64,000 nt of DNA, taken from positions 35,625,626 through 35,689,625 of the forward strand of contig CM074516.1 in NCBI GenBank assembly GCA_037379345.1, in the 5' to 3' direction. The number at the start of each line of letters is the position of its first letter. Positions within the stretch are counted from its first letter, which is position 1. A program made the position numbers and the translations under genes. This document shows positions 1-26,900 of this stretch, one piece after another. This DNA comes from Perna viridis. Taxonomy: Eukaryota. The notes under the pieces are model-generated. The model saw only the letters and a list, made by a program, of their open reading frames with translations, made no database searches and was not told the DNA's origin.

Positions 1-203
1 AATAATGAAGCAATGTATCCTAATTAGTTCCTGTAGAGATCCCTGTGATAGACATCTTAATATTCCAAGGTTGCCAATTAATACCAGAGTTTGTAATTAC
101 TGAAGTTGACAATTTTAAATTGTCATCCTCTACTTACATTGAAAAAAAGATTCTGAAATTTAAAGACAAAATGAAATTAAAGAATATGGATTGAAGTAAA
201 ATT

Positions 204-14868
<14,665 letters not shown>

Positions 14869-14869
14869 T

Positions 14870-15095
14870 TGTTTACTTCTTTGGCACGATTCCTCCAAAA
14901 ATGTTCCGAATGATTGTAACCGTAAAGTGTTCATTTGCAGATTACGTCATCTGTGGATGTCAAAATTACGGTGACGTATAATTTGTGTACCTCAAACAAT
15001 TTTTAATGAGGAACTATACAACATTTCTCTGCAAACAATCGTACCGTGTTCATATTTCAAAATGTCTACTGTAAAGAAGTAGTTATAGAAAAGGT
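14870..15095. promoter_or_regulatory. Probable bidirectional promoter for PRMT3 and the SOCS-box gene
   Basis: Locally CpG-retaining region between divergent genes. ATF/CRE-like TTACGTCA at 14942-14949 and TGACGT at about 14972. Confidence 0.6.
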
Positions 15096-15499
15096 AACAG
15101 GTCGTCCCAATTATTTTTAAATTTATTGACGAACATTGAAGATTGACAACATCTTCTGTAAAGTTGGATTGGACCTCTCTACAAGGCTATATGATCTAAT
15201 ACCAAATTATGGTCATCATGAATAAGTTACTAAGTACTTTTTCTAGAATTGCTTGTACAGGAAAGTTCAGCTTTTTTTAAAACCAGACTTAGCAGTTAAA
15301 ATATTTTATTAACAGACTGTTAAGAATCTTAAAAACTGTTTCCTTTTTATTCAGCTGTTATCCACCACTTAATTTAAAAATCAAACTGTTGCTCGCTAAA
15401 TAATAGGATTGGCTTAGCTATTTTATTTATACACACCTTAGTTTATCCTCCTGTTTCAGGTTATTGATTACTTAATTCCTGTCAAGTCATCTAGTAGTG

Positions 15500-16705
15500 A
15501 TGGCATCTTTCAAAGGCAGCAGAAAAGGGAAAATTATTCCAAGAAAGAAACAACCATCGACCTCTGTTGTTAAGAACGATCCATTTCCATCATCATCTGT
15601 ATACGAGTTTTCTTTTGTTCATCCATTTTGTGTTCAAAACAGACTCATAAACAGCTGGATTAATATTGGAGCTAGCTGTCTTCATATAATTGAATTTTCT
15701 TCTGAAGGAACAACTATATTAAATGAGGATAAAATAGCTTTGCCTGGAAGGATCACTGGTAATAGAATACTTGGCAAACCACTATGTATTGGATGCAGGA
15801 ACAATTTCTATGTGTTTCAGTGTGCAACAGCTACCAATAAATACATTCAGTTTTTTAGTGTTGATGCTGAAACAAACACTGTGAAAGTGTTTGAGGACTC
15901 AACAAAATACTTTCCTAGGACTGTTGTGACAATTGCACCCATAGAATGTCATATCAGCCAAGACAGGGAAATTACTCTGTTGAGACTACCACAGGAAGTT
16001 CTAAGACCAAATTCGTACTCCAATATATTAATTGCCCTTAATATTTCAAATTCAGAAACTGATACGTGCACTGTTTTAAAGTCTGTGCTTCTAGACAGAC
16101 AATTGACATGTGTTAAATTTTATCCAACAAAGCCACAGATGTTATTCTGTGTCCATATTGATAACATGGGCTTAAAATGTGTTCTTCAGAAATATGACAT
16201 GACAAGTCAAAATTTGATGGATAGTGACAATCATTGTATTAATGTGTTAAATTCAAACAGAAATGGGTGTGTCGGTTCTCCAGACAACCAAGTTCTGTCA
16301 CTCAACCAGACTACTCTCAACTTCAACAAAACAGCTGATTTGATTCTCTTTACTTGTTTTCCAAGTGAAAAAACATTTTTAGCAATGTATGCTTTTGATA
16401 CAAGTACTTTGAAAATTTCCTTTTCTGTCCAAGTTAATGTTAATTTTAAGTATGACCAAAAAGTTCTTCTTTCAACAGAAGTGTCATTGTGCAATTCTAA
16501 GTTGAATGTTTATAAATCACAAAAATCAGAACACAGTATGAAAAAAATTGCAAGCATAGATTTCCCTGTTATAACAAATTTAAAGAGTATAGTGAGGACA
16601 AGAATTCTTCAGGATTTCACTGGAGATAGGTTAAAATATGTTATGGACTCTTTACCTGGACAACTGCAATCCTATCTTACTTATAATACTGACAACCCAA
16701 TTTGA
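15500..16705 (+). CDS. Uncharacterised 401-aa protein, beta-rich body with C-terminal SOCS-box-like motif; single coding exon
   Basis: 1.2-kb open frame in very AT-rich DNA, ATG at 15500 (the ORF track starts at the GTG at 15497). The C-terminus TNLKSIVRTRILQDF...MDSLPGQLQSYLTY matches the SOCS-box pattern (SLxxLcRxxI...LPxxLxxYL). Probable 5'UTR intron from about 15094 (aag|gtaac) to 15459 (tttcag). Confidence 0.8.
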   Translation: MASFKGSRKGKIIPRKKQPSTSVVKNDPFPSSSVYEFSFVHPFCVQNRLINSWINIGASCLHIIEFSSEGTTILNEDKIALPGRITGNRILGKPLCIGCRNNFYVFQCATATNKYIQFFSVDAETNTVKVFEDSTKYFPRTVVTIAPIECHISQDREITLLRLPQEVLRPNSYSNILIALNISNSETDTCTVLKSVLLDRQLTCVKFYPTKPQMLFCVHIDNMGLKCVLQKYDMTSQNLMDSDNHCINVLNSNRNGCVGSPDNQVLSLNQTTLNFNKTADLILFTCFPSEKTFLAMYAFDTSTLKISFSVQVNVNFKYDQKVLLSTEVSLCNSKLNVYKSQKSEHSMKKIASIDFPVITNLKSIVRTRILQDFTGDRLKYVMDSLPGQLQSYLTYNTDNPI

Positions 16706-17935
16706 ATGTATTTATGAACTACATGTATAGGTTCATAAAAAATTTAAAAATCACAAATTCAGTCCTAACATTAAAAGGTTTAGTGGAGCAAGTATTTTCT
16801 TTTAGTGTTGTGTAAAGTTTTTTTAATTGAAACAAGATTTAGAATGCAACTATTTGAAAACTTCTTAAAAGCTGAATATAATGCATAGTTTGTACATGTA
16901 CCATACCTTCTATAAGCTTCAGTTTTTATGTTGTCTAAATATGCAATACATTTAATAATAGTTATGTCATTCTTTGGTATTAATTTGAGTTATCTGCCAT
17001 CATTAATACAATTGTACAAGCTTTTTTTGTTACAAAGTATATCAAGATGTGTATCATTTCTTTTGTGTATGAAATTTATCTGTTTATGTACTAGGTATTT
17101 AAAAAATGTTTAGCAAACAAGTAAAGAAACACATACAAATGCTGCTCTTTCTTCTTTATTTGTTTCAAAATTTAATGGATCCCACCATTAGAAACAACTT
17201 CAATCGGTTCTTTCATTTAAATATATTTTACACCTTTTTTAAACATGTATAATGCACATTTGTTTTATAATACTTTGCTTAAAGGGTAAGCTTGGTTAAA
17301 GGGTGGGCTAAGTTGAAAATAATGATAAGTCTTTTTATCACAAAACTGAGATAAAAAAAAATGTTTTCTCAACAGTGCTGCTGATTTGGTTGACATGATT
17401 GGATTTAAACAAAGGATGTACATCTCTCAAGAATATCAAGAATTTTACATGTATAAGGTTAAGAAAAACCACTTTCAACAAAAAAAAAAAGATAAAGCTT
17501 TTCAAAAGGGTTACCCTTTTGGTCCCCTGTCTGACTTAATGCAAAAAGGGGTTACATTGATGTTTCTATTGGCAACTGCCCTTGATAAAACAAAGTAACC
17601 GGAAATTTTTAACAGATTTCAAATTTCAAGATAAAAAAAAACCTTAATCCAATTCAAACTGATTTATAAATGCTTATAGGTTTTGATCAGCTGATTTGTT
17701 GTAAATGCTCTATGAAGTAATACAATAGCTGAGTATTTGATGTAAAATGGTCAAATTCATCGTTGTTTCTCAAGTTAAAACAAGTGCACACTAACAAGTA
17801 ACAAATATGGTGATTAAAATTTCTTCCCTTTTTTTTACATTTTTTTTTGACATAATAGTAAAAGCATAGTTGAGAAAGGACACTGAAATGCTACATATTG
17901 AAGCTCTTTTGACTGCTATGGCTGATATAAAAGTT

Positions 17936-20900
17936 CTATGCTGGTGGTGTCCAAGGGGTGCGTGGTTGGCTGAATCCTTTGGTACCATCTGGACCTTTAG
18001 GCTGGCGAATCACAACAACCCTCACACTAGTAACATCTTCTGTAACACTCTTCAACCTGCTAACAAGTCTCTCTGGTCGTCGACGATCACTAATGTAAAA
18101 GATTAAGCAAAAGATGATTGGAAATGTTGACAAAGGAATATAAGTTAGCAAACTTCTGAACAAATCATCAGATTGTTTTAAAACTGACTTTTAATGAAAT
18201 ATAAAATCATCAGTCAGTGATTCCATTAACGCAAAAGTATTTTTTTACCAAAGGGTCAACTTGAGGCAGGTAAACATGTAATGTCACATTTTGAAATTGG
18301 GTTCCAATGTTCATTCCCATAAGGAACCAATTAAATGTAGCATTTGGCACAACTCGGCTGATTACAGTAGCCTTCAGGAAACAAGTTAGATGTAATTGGC
18401 CGAGGTGAGCCTAATGCTAGAAATCAGTTTCATTCATCAAATATGGTGACTTTGTTGAACTTTTTGTTACAAAACCAAATAATTTGAATAAACAGACAAA
18501 TCCAGAAAACAAGGATTGTCCCAACATTAGCAACAAGTCCGAAGGGGGCACTGCTAAAAAGGACCTTCAATAACTGCTGGTTAAGTGAATATTCTTGGCT
18601 ATCATTCGATGAAACAACAAATTGATGCAGTGTAAATTTTGAACCATCAGTAAATGGTGTAATCCTTTTGGACTTCTAAAATTTGCAATGATCAGCGTAA
18701 GATCCACATCATTCTAATGGTAACCACAGGCTAGCAACAAGTAATAAAAATAGTCCAAGGCATCATGAAAAGTTGGACAAAATGAAGCCAAACGTTAAAG
18801 CAATGATTGGTACTGTAGCGAGGACATTGCTGACAGAAAATTTGAACAACTGATTGATCAACAAGTAAAAAAAGGATAAAATTTTAATTTGTTTATGAAA
18901 TCAAAACTTTTAACCCAATTCATAAAAAGTGTGACCCTCCCAAAAAAAGACAGACCCCTCTAATTCAGCACCAGAGTCATAATGACCCTTTCATCTAAAA
19001 AAAAATTAAAAACACTGATCAGTAGATACAAGTGTTTTTGCAGACAAGGAAATGTACAGTTTTTACAATTTATAATACATACGTGATCTTGCGAAGGCTG
19101 CAAGCTGAATATTTTCCATTTCTCTGGTTCTGAACGACGACAAACTCAACTTCATCCCCTGGTTGTATCTCCACACCATCATGGACTTCTGTCATATGGA
19201 AAAATAATTTTTTCCCATCCTCTTTCTCATAGTTCAAGAAACCAAACTGGAAAAAAAAATTGAGAAAAAAATATTAGCACTAATAAAGTGGTAAAAGAAC
19301 ATGTGATAAAAGTAAATGCAAAAGAAAAAGCCTCTAACTTTTGTTTAATAATTTTTAAACAGAATTTAGGGTTCTGCCAAACTGGTCAATATATACAATT
19401 TAGAAAGTGACCAAAAGTTAGTAATGCTTTTAATTTTAACAATGTGAAACACCATGATAATTTGGTTCCATTGGTGAGGTGTTACACGTGTGTTCTTAAC
19501 ATGTTCAGAGAAATTATTCTAAAATAGTAAAATTTTATGACCAACTTACAAGGGTGTAGTAAATATGGTATAAAAAAAACAAAGGCCTACACAAATTTCT
19601 ACCTCTAATAGAATCAAATTTGGATCGTTTTAGAAGCTTGCCTATAGATCCTCTTGCAAAGTTCGGTCAAGGGGTTTTTAGTGTAGTTGAGCGAAATTAT
19701 AGACCTTTACAGGCGGCAGTGATGTCATGAGCTCTCTTGGATCTCTTGTGTAAGTCAGGTAAAAATGTACTTCTACATCCGAATAGGCAATAGCCTTGTT
19801 TTTTTTTGTCTCCTACTGCCAAGGCTCAGTCTATTGGCACATTTTTGGCAGTGGTTTAGATATTGACTTTATTTTTTGTACAGTATTTTATTGGAAAAAA
19901 ATCTAACAAAGTGAACTCAAACAGATACAAGAGGCTCCCAGGAGCCTGAATCGCTCACCAAGTTAAATTTTTGCCTTTCAAGGGCAATAACTCTAACAAG
20001 AAGTTGTCCGACAATTTTGACTCCATGAAGACTTTGGTAGGACTTATCATGAGGATCATTTCATCAATCGAAAGTTTCATTCTATCTATTAAAGTTTTCA
20101 AGATATTGACTGAAAACTGCAAAAAACTTAATTTTTTGCCTTTCAAGGGCAATAACTCTTGTATGGCGTCGTCTGACAACTTTGATCCCTGGAGACTTTT
20201 GTAGGCCTTATAATCATTTCAGCAAATGAAAGTTTTATTCTATCTATCATAGTTTTCAAGATAGAGGCTGAAAACTATAAAAAAAGTCCTTTTTCACTTC
20301 TCAAGGGCAATAACCTTTACATGGAGTTGTTTGACAACTTTGAACCTTCAGATACTTTTGTAGGCCTTATAATAAGGATATTTCAGCAATTGAAAGATAT
20401 TGGCAAAACCTAACGGTTTTGGAGATATGTGCAAAAAACTACTGTACAACCCCTATGTTCTATTTTTAGTAAAGGCTGCCATGTTTTTTAACCGATCAAA
20501 AATCCTAATTATCATTTTGTTAAGGATACCCTAAAAAATAAAAATACTAATTTTCATTGAATTCTCTACAGTAGCTTTTGAGAAGAAGATTTTTGAAAGT
20601 AATAACATCAAAAACAGCAAAAAATGTCCAAAAAGGGCAATAACTCCAACATGAGTCAACAGATATTCACCAAAATTTGACCACAGATAGATCTCATCAT
20701 GCGAGATACTTTTATCCCCATGTCAGAATTTGGCTAAACCTAACGGTTTTGGAGATATATGCAAAAATCTGCTGTCTGACCCCTATGTTCTATTTTCAGT
20801 AACAGTGACCATGTATTTTAACCGATCAAAAATCCAAATGGTTATTTTGTGCAGGATACTCTAAGGAAGAGTCGTCATAAGTTTCATACAAATCTATACA

Positions 20901-23900
20901 GTAGTTTCGGAGGAGAAGATGTTTGAAGAAATTGTTAATGACGACAATGACAGACGCCAAGTGATGGCAATAGCTCACACGGCCTACGGCCAGGTGAGCT
21001 GAAAGTCCATGATCACTGTGGAAATATCTACTTGCACTGACCTGGCCCTTGACAGAATCCACCTTTGCTCTAACATATTTCCTGATAGCAGCAATATTCA
21101 CTGCTCTTGTCCTGTTTGATATCTTATTCACAGCTACATTAAACTTGACACTATCGCCTTTCTGTAGAAAATCCCGTTTATCTGCTAAACTGGTGATACC
21201 ATAAGGGTATTGTTCTGGCTCAATCTCCTCTGAAAACAGCAAAGCACTTAAGAGAGTCAAGTAAAACATGCCCTTGTCAATTAAAAAAATAAATTATAGA
21301 ATAACTCATTCAATGATTTTCTTTCAATTACAAGTAAGATGTATCTTAATGTGAATGAATAACCAAGACCTTTGAATAACAACCAAACACACCATGTATT
21401 TGGTGAAGTTTAATACTTTTTGTTAGTTTTACAGCTAACTGAAAAAGACCAGTTCCAATTTCAATACTAATCTATGTAGGCTAGGGAGTAACTTAAATGG
21501 TTCTTTAGGTAGAAATCTGCCCTAAATTATACCAATGTGTCCTACTTAACTACTTCAGAACACCTGTGTGATCTTTTGGACACTGCCTTTTAAGTTTGAA
21601 TAACTGTTTGAATTAAGATGATCTTAACCTAGGTGACCGTCTTTGCTTGTTTAGACAGTCAGTAGATTCTATTGGAGGTGTTAGCCAAATCCCTCCAACA
21701 GATCTACTGATTGTCTAAATAATCATAGATGGTTACGGGATCTTGTAACATTTTTGTACAATTTTGCTGATCTATATTATGGGGAAATGAATTTATCTTT
21801 GTATCAATCTACATTTCTTCAAAGTTTTTTTTTTTGGAAATCGTTCCAAATCTATTTCAGTCTTGGTGTCTAGGTCAAATGTACACACTGGCCAGTGGTG
21901 TGATTGAACTATCTTAGTCATGACATTCAGGTCAAACTGTTTGAAAGTGCTTTTTAAGTCTCAACTTTATTCTCATTGGTGGATGGATTTCCCTTCCCAT
22001 TCAAATATTTATACCAATGGCAGACAGATTTTCTATGTATCATCCTCATTTGCATAATGCTGCTTTAATCATTTGGACGAATGGTTTTATCCAATCAACA
22101 CAACGCAAAATTGTACAAAAAGAATTGACAGGTTGTAGTGTTGATTTAACTAATTAGAATGTCAAATTTCTTGAGCATACCATCATCTTTAAATGGTTGG
22201 ACCAGTCCACTGTACTCCTCTTGGTCAGGATTTACAATTCTCATGGGTCTGATAACTCTTCCCTGTAACTGATTCTTATCACGCACAATATCCTACATAA
22301 AAAAAATAAGCAACCATGAGCAGTATGCACAATGTTATAACTAGAAAAGTTCATTTAGAAAATGTTAAAAAAATCACAATATGAGTACATTTGAAATTTT
22401 CTTCTACTTCTCAAGTAGATTAAGCCTTCCATAAACATAAAACAAAACATTGAACTGCTTTCATTATTTGTTGGCTTTAATATCAGCCTTCAAAGACAAG
22501 TAACCAAGTAATTGTTTTCATATTTATGAAATACTTCTACATGTAGTAGCCATTTCATACAAATTTCTGATATTATAGCCACTTTTTTAATACCCCCAAA
22601 CTTCAGGAACGTAACTTTCCCCAGTATAAAATGTTCTCCAGTTAAATGGAAATCATTTTCATATTTTAACATATGATAACTCTCGATAAACTTTTCTAGA
22701 CAGTACAATACATATGTATCCGAATATACACTGGATCGACATTTTATTTCTGTGCTGAGTATGTGGAATTATCTCTAAATTGGTGAGTTAATTTACGTTT
22801 TTACTAGGTCAATGTGAGATGACAAAGCAAAACAATTTAATCATGTTTTCCATCAAAGAATAATTTTATTTCTAGTTTAAATATGTAACAGAGATCTTAG
22901 ATAGTGTATTTAGGATATTTTTCATTTATTTTATGATTTTTGTGTCGATAAATAAGACTCAACACATGTATAATTTTAGGTCACATGATACCGTACAAAT
23001 GTGTTACACATGGTTTGTGACAATTTAGGCACTGGCTATGATTGCAAATATTTTGTACAATGATGTAACAAATACCATTTTTTACATGAAAATATTTGAA
23101 TGAAACATTTTGTTTACCTGTGGATATGTATTGTATGTTTTGAATACCAGAACATTGCTAACTAAATTTGAGGTATTACAGTGTTCATGTACTACATACT
23201 ATGCATGATTATGATATTTGGTACAAGTATTGAGTTTATAATAACAACATATTTTTACCGATTTATATAACTTTGGGCAAAGTTCTTATTATGCTTTATG
23301 TTTGTTGTAGTTAATCGTATCAACATACTGCATTGTGTCCCTGTATCGTCACAACTACAATATATTTCAATGTTATACTTACCTGTGTTACAACAATATG
23401 TTGATCATGAATAAAGATACACATTAACAATTAGCTGTTGATTTGCTAGCCAGTACACTACAGGTATCACCTAATTCATATGTACCTATATTTTAATACA
23501 CACTTGTTCACTTTAGTAAACTAGCTTGCAATGTATACATATACACAGATGGAGGAAGCATGTTAGGCAGAAAACAGATATCTACTCACCGTAATTTGGT
23601 ATGTATAATGCGCATTTAAGTATAGTGTGCAGTACGTTTTTAAAGGATCGATTGGCCAATTTTTTACCTTGATGCAGTATTTCCTACGAAAATGTGAAGG
23701 AAAGAAACTTATATTCAAACTAAAACATCATATAAAGATCTGTAGCTATATAAATTGATACAGGATGTATTAAATGGCTTATAAAACAACTGAAAGTCAG
23801 GAAAATCTGACATCTCTGGTTTTGATTGTAACACAAATTTTGCAATTTTCCTTTAAAAACATACTTCTAAGAAAGGAAATTGTATGAAACAATCAAAATA

Positions 23901-26900
23901 AGTACCAAATTATCAGCTGCAAAAGCATTTGATAAGACGGGTTTGACAAAAAACACTTTGTTACTTTTTGGTCTTTAGTTGTTTCATTTTAACATCTAAC
24001 CATGTTTTATAAGAAGGAAATATTGTACAACCTTTGTTTGAAACATGTTATTAAGTCATTTGAACATGACTTGAAGAAAATATAACTAAAAATTCAATAC
24101 TTAAAGATGTATTTGATGATTAAATAAAATTTCTTTCAGTAACATTTCACTTTCTGGTTTGTTTGTTTACATTTCAAAATGCTTTTTCTTGTACCAAAAT
24201 CTTTTTTATTTTTTATTTTATGGCAAATTCTTATATATTGATGCATAAAACGAATCCCCATGTTCTTGAAATAATTTCTATGTAAAAATGTGCACATAAT
24301 ACACACCAAAGTACAGTGCAAAAACAGTTTCTACTATATTTAACCAGTAAGGAATATTTGAATTTGCATTTGCAACTAATCCTATAGACTTGTGTACAAA
24401 AATATGGCTTTCATCACTATACAATCATAGATTCTACATTTATCTTACATCACTGGGAATGGTCCCTTTTGGCAGTTTGTGTATATTTTCAGCACTATGT
24501 TTGGCACTCTTTCTACACAAAGTGTATTCAACTTCATCTCCAAGGTCAAGGTCATTGGGATCGCCATCGTATGAGCTGACGAAAATTTCACGAAATTAAT
24601 AACAAATATTATTAAACATAACACTAAGTCAGTAATCAAGTCAAGTCAGTAAGCTTAAACTTGTTTTATATGAGTATAATTACAGCATAGAAATAAACAC
24701 TCTTTGAATGCAATTGAAGATTACTTATTGAGAGGGTTTCACAGTCATGAAAGAGGTGAAATGAAACAAGTGTGTGTGAAGTTTGATACTGTTTAACTAT
24801 TGGTGTATAGATTTTATTTCCAAAATCAGTATTGAAGTTTGACATTTAGTTTGACATATAAGAAAAAAAAAACCAATTCTTAATTATACAGTAAATACAA
24901 ATTTAAGATTATAGTGTTACATTACATCACATAATCTTTCAAATTCTGTTTTTACTATATTTTCACAGGAATCAATAACTTCCATTGTTAACAGCACTTT
25001 GATAAACTATTTTTTTTCTACATATACTTCAGAATAACAATTTTAAAATGATCAACATCTACCCACTAACCTGAAGTGAAAGAAGACTTCCTTTTCATGG
25101 TCAGAGTTTTCAATGAACCCGTAATTATCTTTCAGTGTGGCAATAAAGCCCTGACATTTGTTGTTAAGGTTCCGCAGCACTACTCTTACATTGACAGCGG
25201 TCTTTGATTTGGTTGACTTTATTTCACCAACATTGAATTCCACCTGAAAGAACATTTGACAAATGTAAAGGTGTCCAGTGTTAAAATATGGATCAACAAA
25301 CTAATATGTATTCTCAATGTCAAAAGATAAAGATTCTACCCATCTGTACTTGGTGACTACTCAATTCTTACAATGCAATTTTGAAACATTCATTTCTATC
25401 AACTCGAAGTCCACAACAAAACTCCTCATTAGAAACCAACTAAGTGTCACTGAATATGACAGAATACCATAGGGAACCACCATTTCTTGGTAGAAAACTT
25501 GTGTGTACCAGTAAAGTTCATACTAATACTACAGACTATTAAGTTCTCCAGGTAAACATTTCCCTGGCAATGTTTTTTTTTTAATCTAAGCATACTGTAA
25601 TCTTGTGATGACATTCTAATCCACCCCACAATTGACATTAAGAAGGTAGACATAGGGTAAGGGACACAACTCTTGAAACATAATCATATCATATCCAATT
25701 TCACCAAAGCCTTTCATGCTTACCTTTGAAACAGGATGAAATCAGTATCAAGTCAGTTTGACACTTACATGAGATTGATCTAAAATGGTGAATACAAATG
25801 TTCCATCGAATTGTAAGAGTTGTGTCCCTTATCCTAGGTCTACCTCTTTAAGTGGATCCCATCAGGTATTTGTAACCAACATCTGTTGTACCTACCTTGT
25901 CACCATATCTCGGTTGACCTTTCAGATCAAGAATATCTTTTAAAGAGTATGAAATTTTCTCTATCTTCTCATGATAATCAAATATAATGGCTCCTGTGTC
26001 AGACTCCTTACTCTTTGCTAGAAGACAAAGAAAAATGGTACCAAGACTTTTAATTTATTATTTCCTACAAATGTCTATTAATAAGGCAAGTTTGTGACAC
26101 AGAGGAAGCCACATAAGGAGCATGGTAAAATGGGTCTGTCAATCGAAAATGGTCAATTTTGTCCATTTCACCATTTCAGGCCATTTTTTGCAACATGTGG
26201 GGTTCAACAGGAGCAAAACAGGAACAAAAGCACATGCATCCCACAGCCTGTACCATGTGAAAGCCATTGAAGCCAAATAAGGTTCGTTACAGTCGCGAGG
26301 GGGTGGGGTGGGGAGGGGGTGTCAGGAGTCCCCTGAAGGGTCACTCGTGTGTAAAAAAATAAGGATTTTTTCTCAATTTTTTTGGCCTCTGCTTGGCCTA
26401 AAACTGGAAGTAGTTAATACAAGGGGTCGACATAGAAATGACTGTGACACACATCATTCTTATTTACATTCCAGGCGAAATAGAGCACTATAGATTAATT
26501 CTGCTCTGGCAAGAGGCCGAGAAATAAACCTTACTCCCTAAAAGATCTCACTGTTTGGGCAGTGGAAACTCATGACCTCTTCTTTCAACTCTGAAGTCAA
26601 TATTTTTTACCAAACTCCATATCATTTTAAAGCACATTCACGGTGCTTGAAGATGGACACAAATTGTGCTTTTTTAAACTAGGATTAACACTACCAGAAC
26701 CAATAAAGCAGAACCAGGGCCAATCCCGTATAGGCCCAGGCACAGCACAACAATGATAAACATACATGTAGACTCAATATAATTCATTATATTTGTCAAA
26801 ATTTTGTTCACATACAGTAGTTCCTCAACAGTAATAGAAAATCCCTATAAGAACTTTATAAACTGAAAACAGATAATTGGAAATTACTCATTCAACACCT

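Noticed and set aside
19955-20204. ORFs with repeated ELLPLKGK peptides (also 48673-48873, 49205-49435, 60549-61070)
   Set aside because: Translations of non-coding repeat units.
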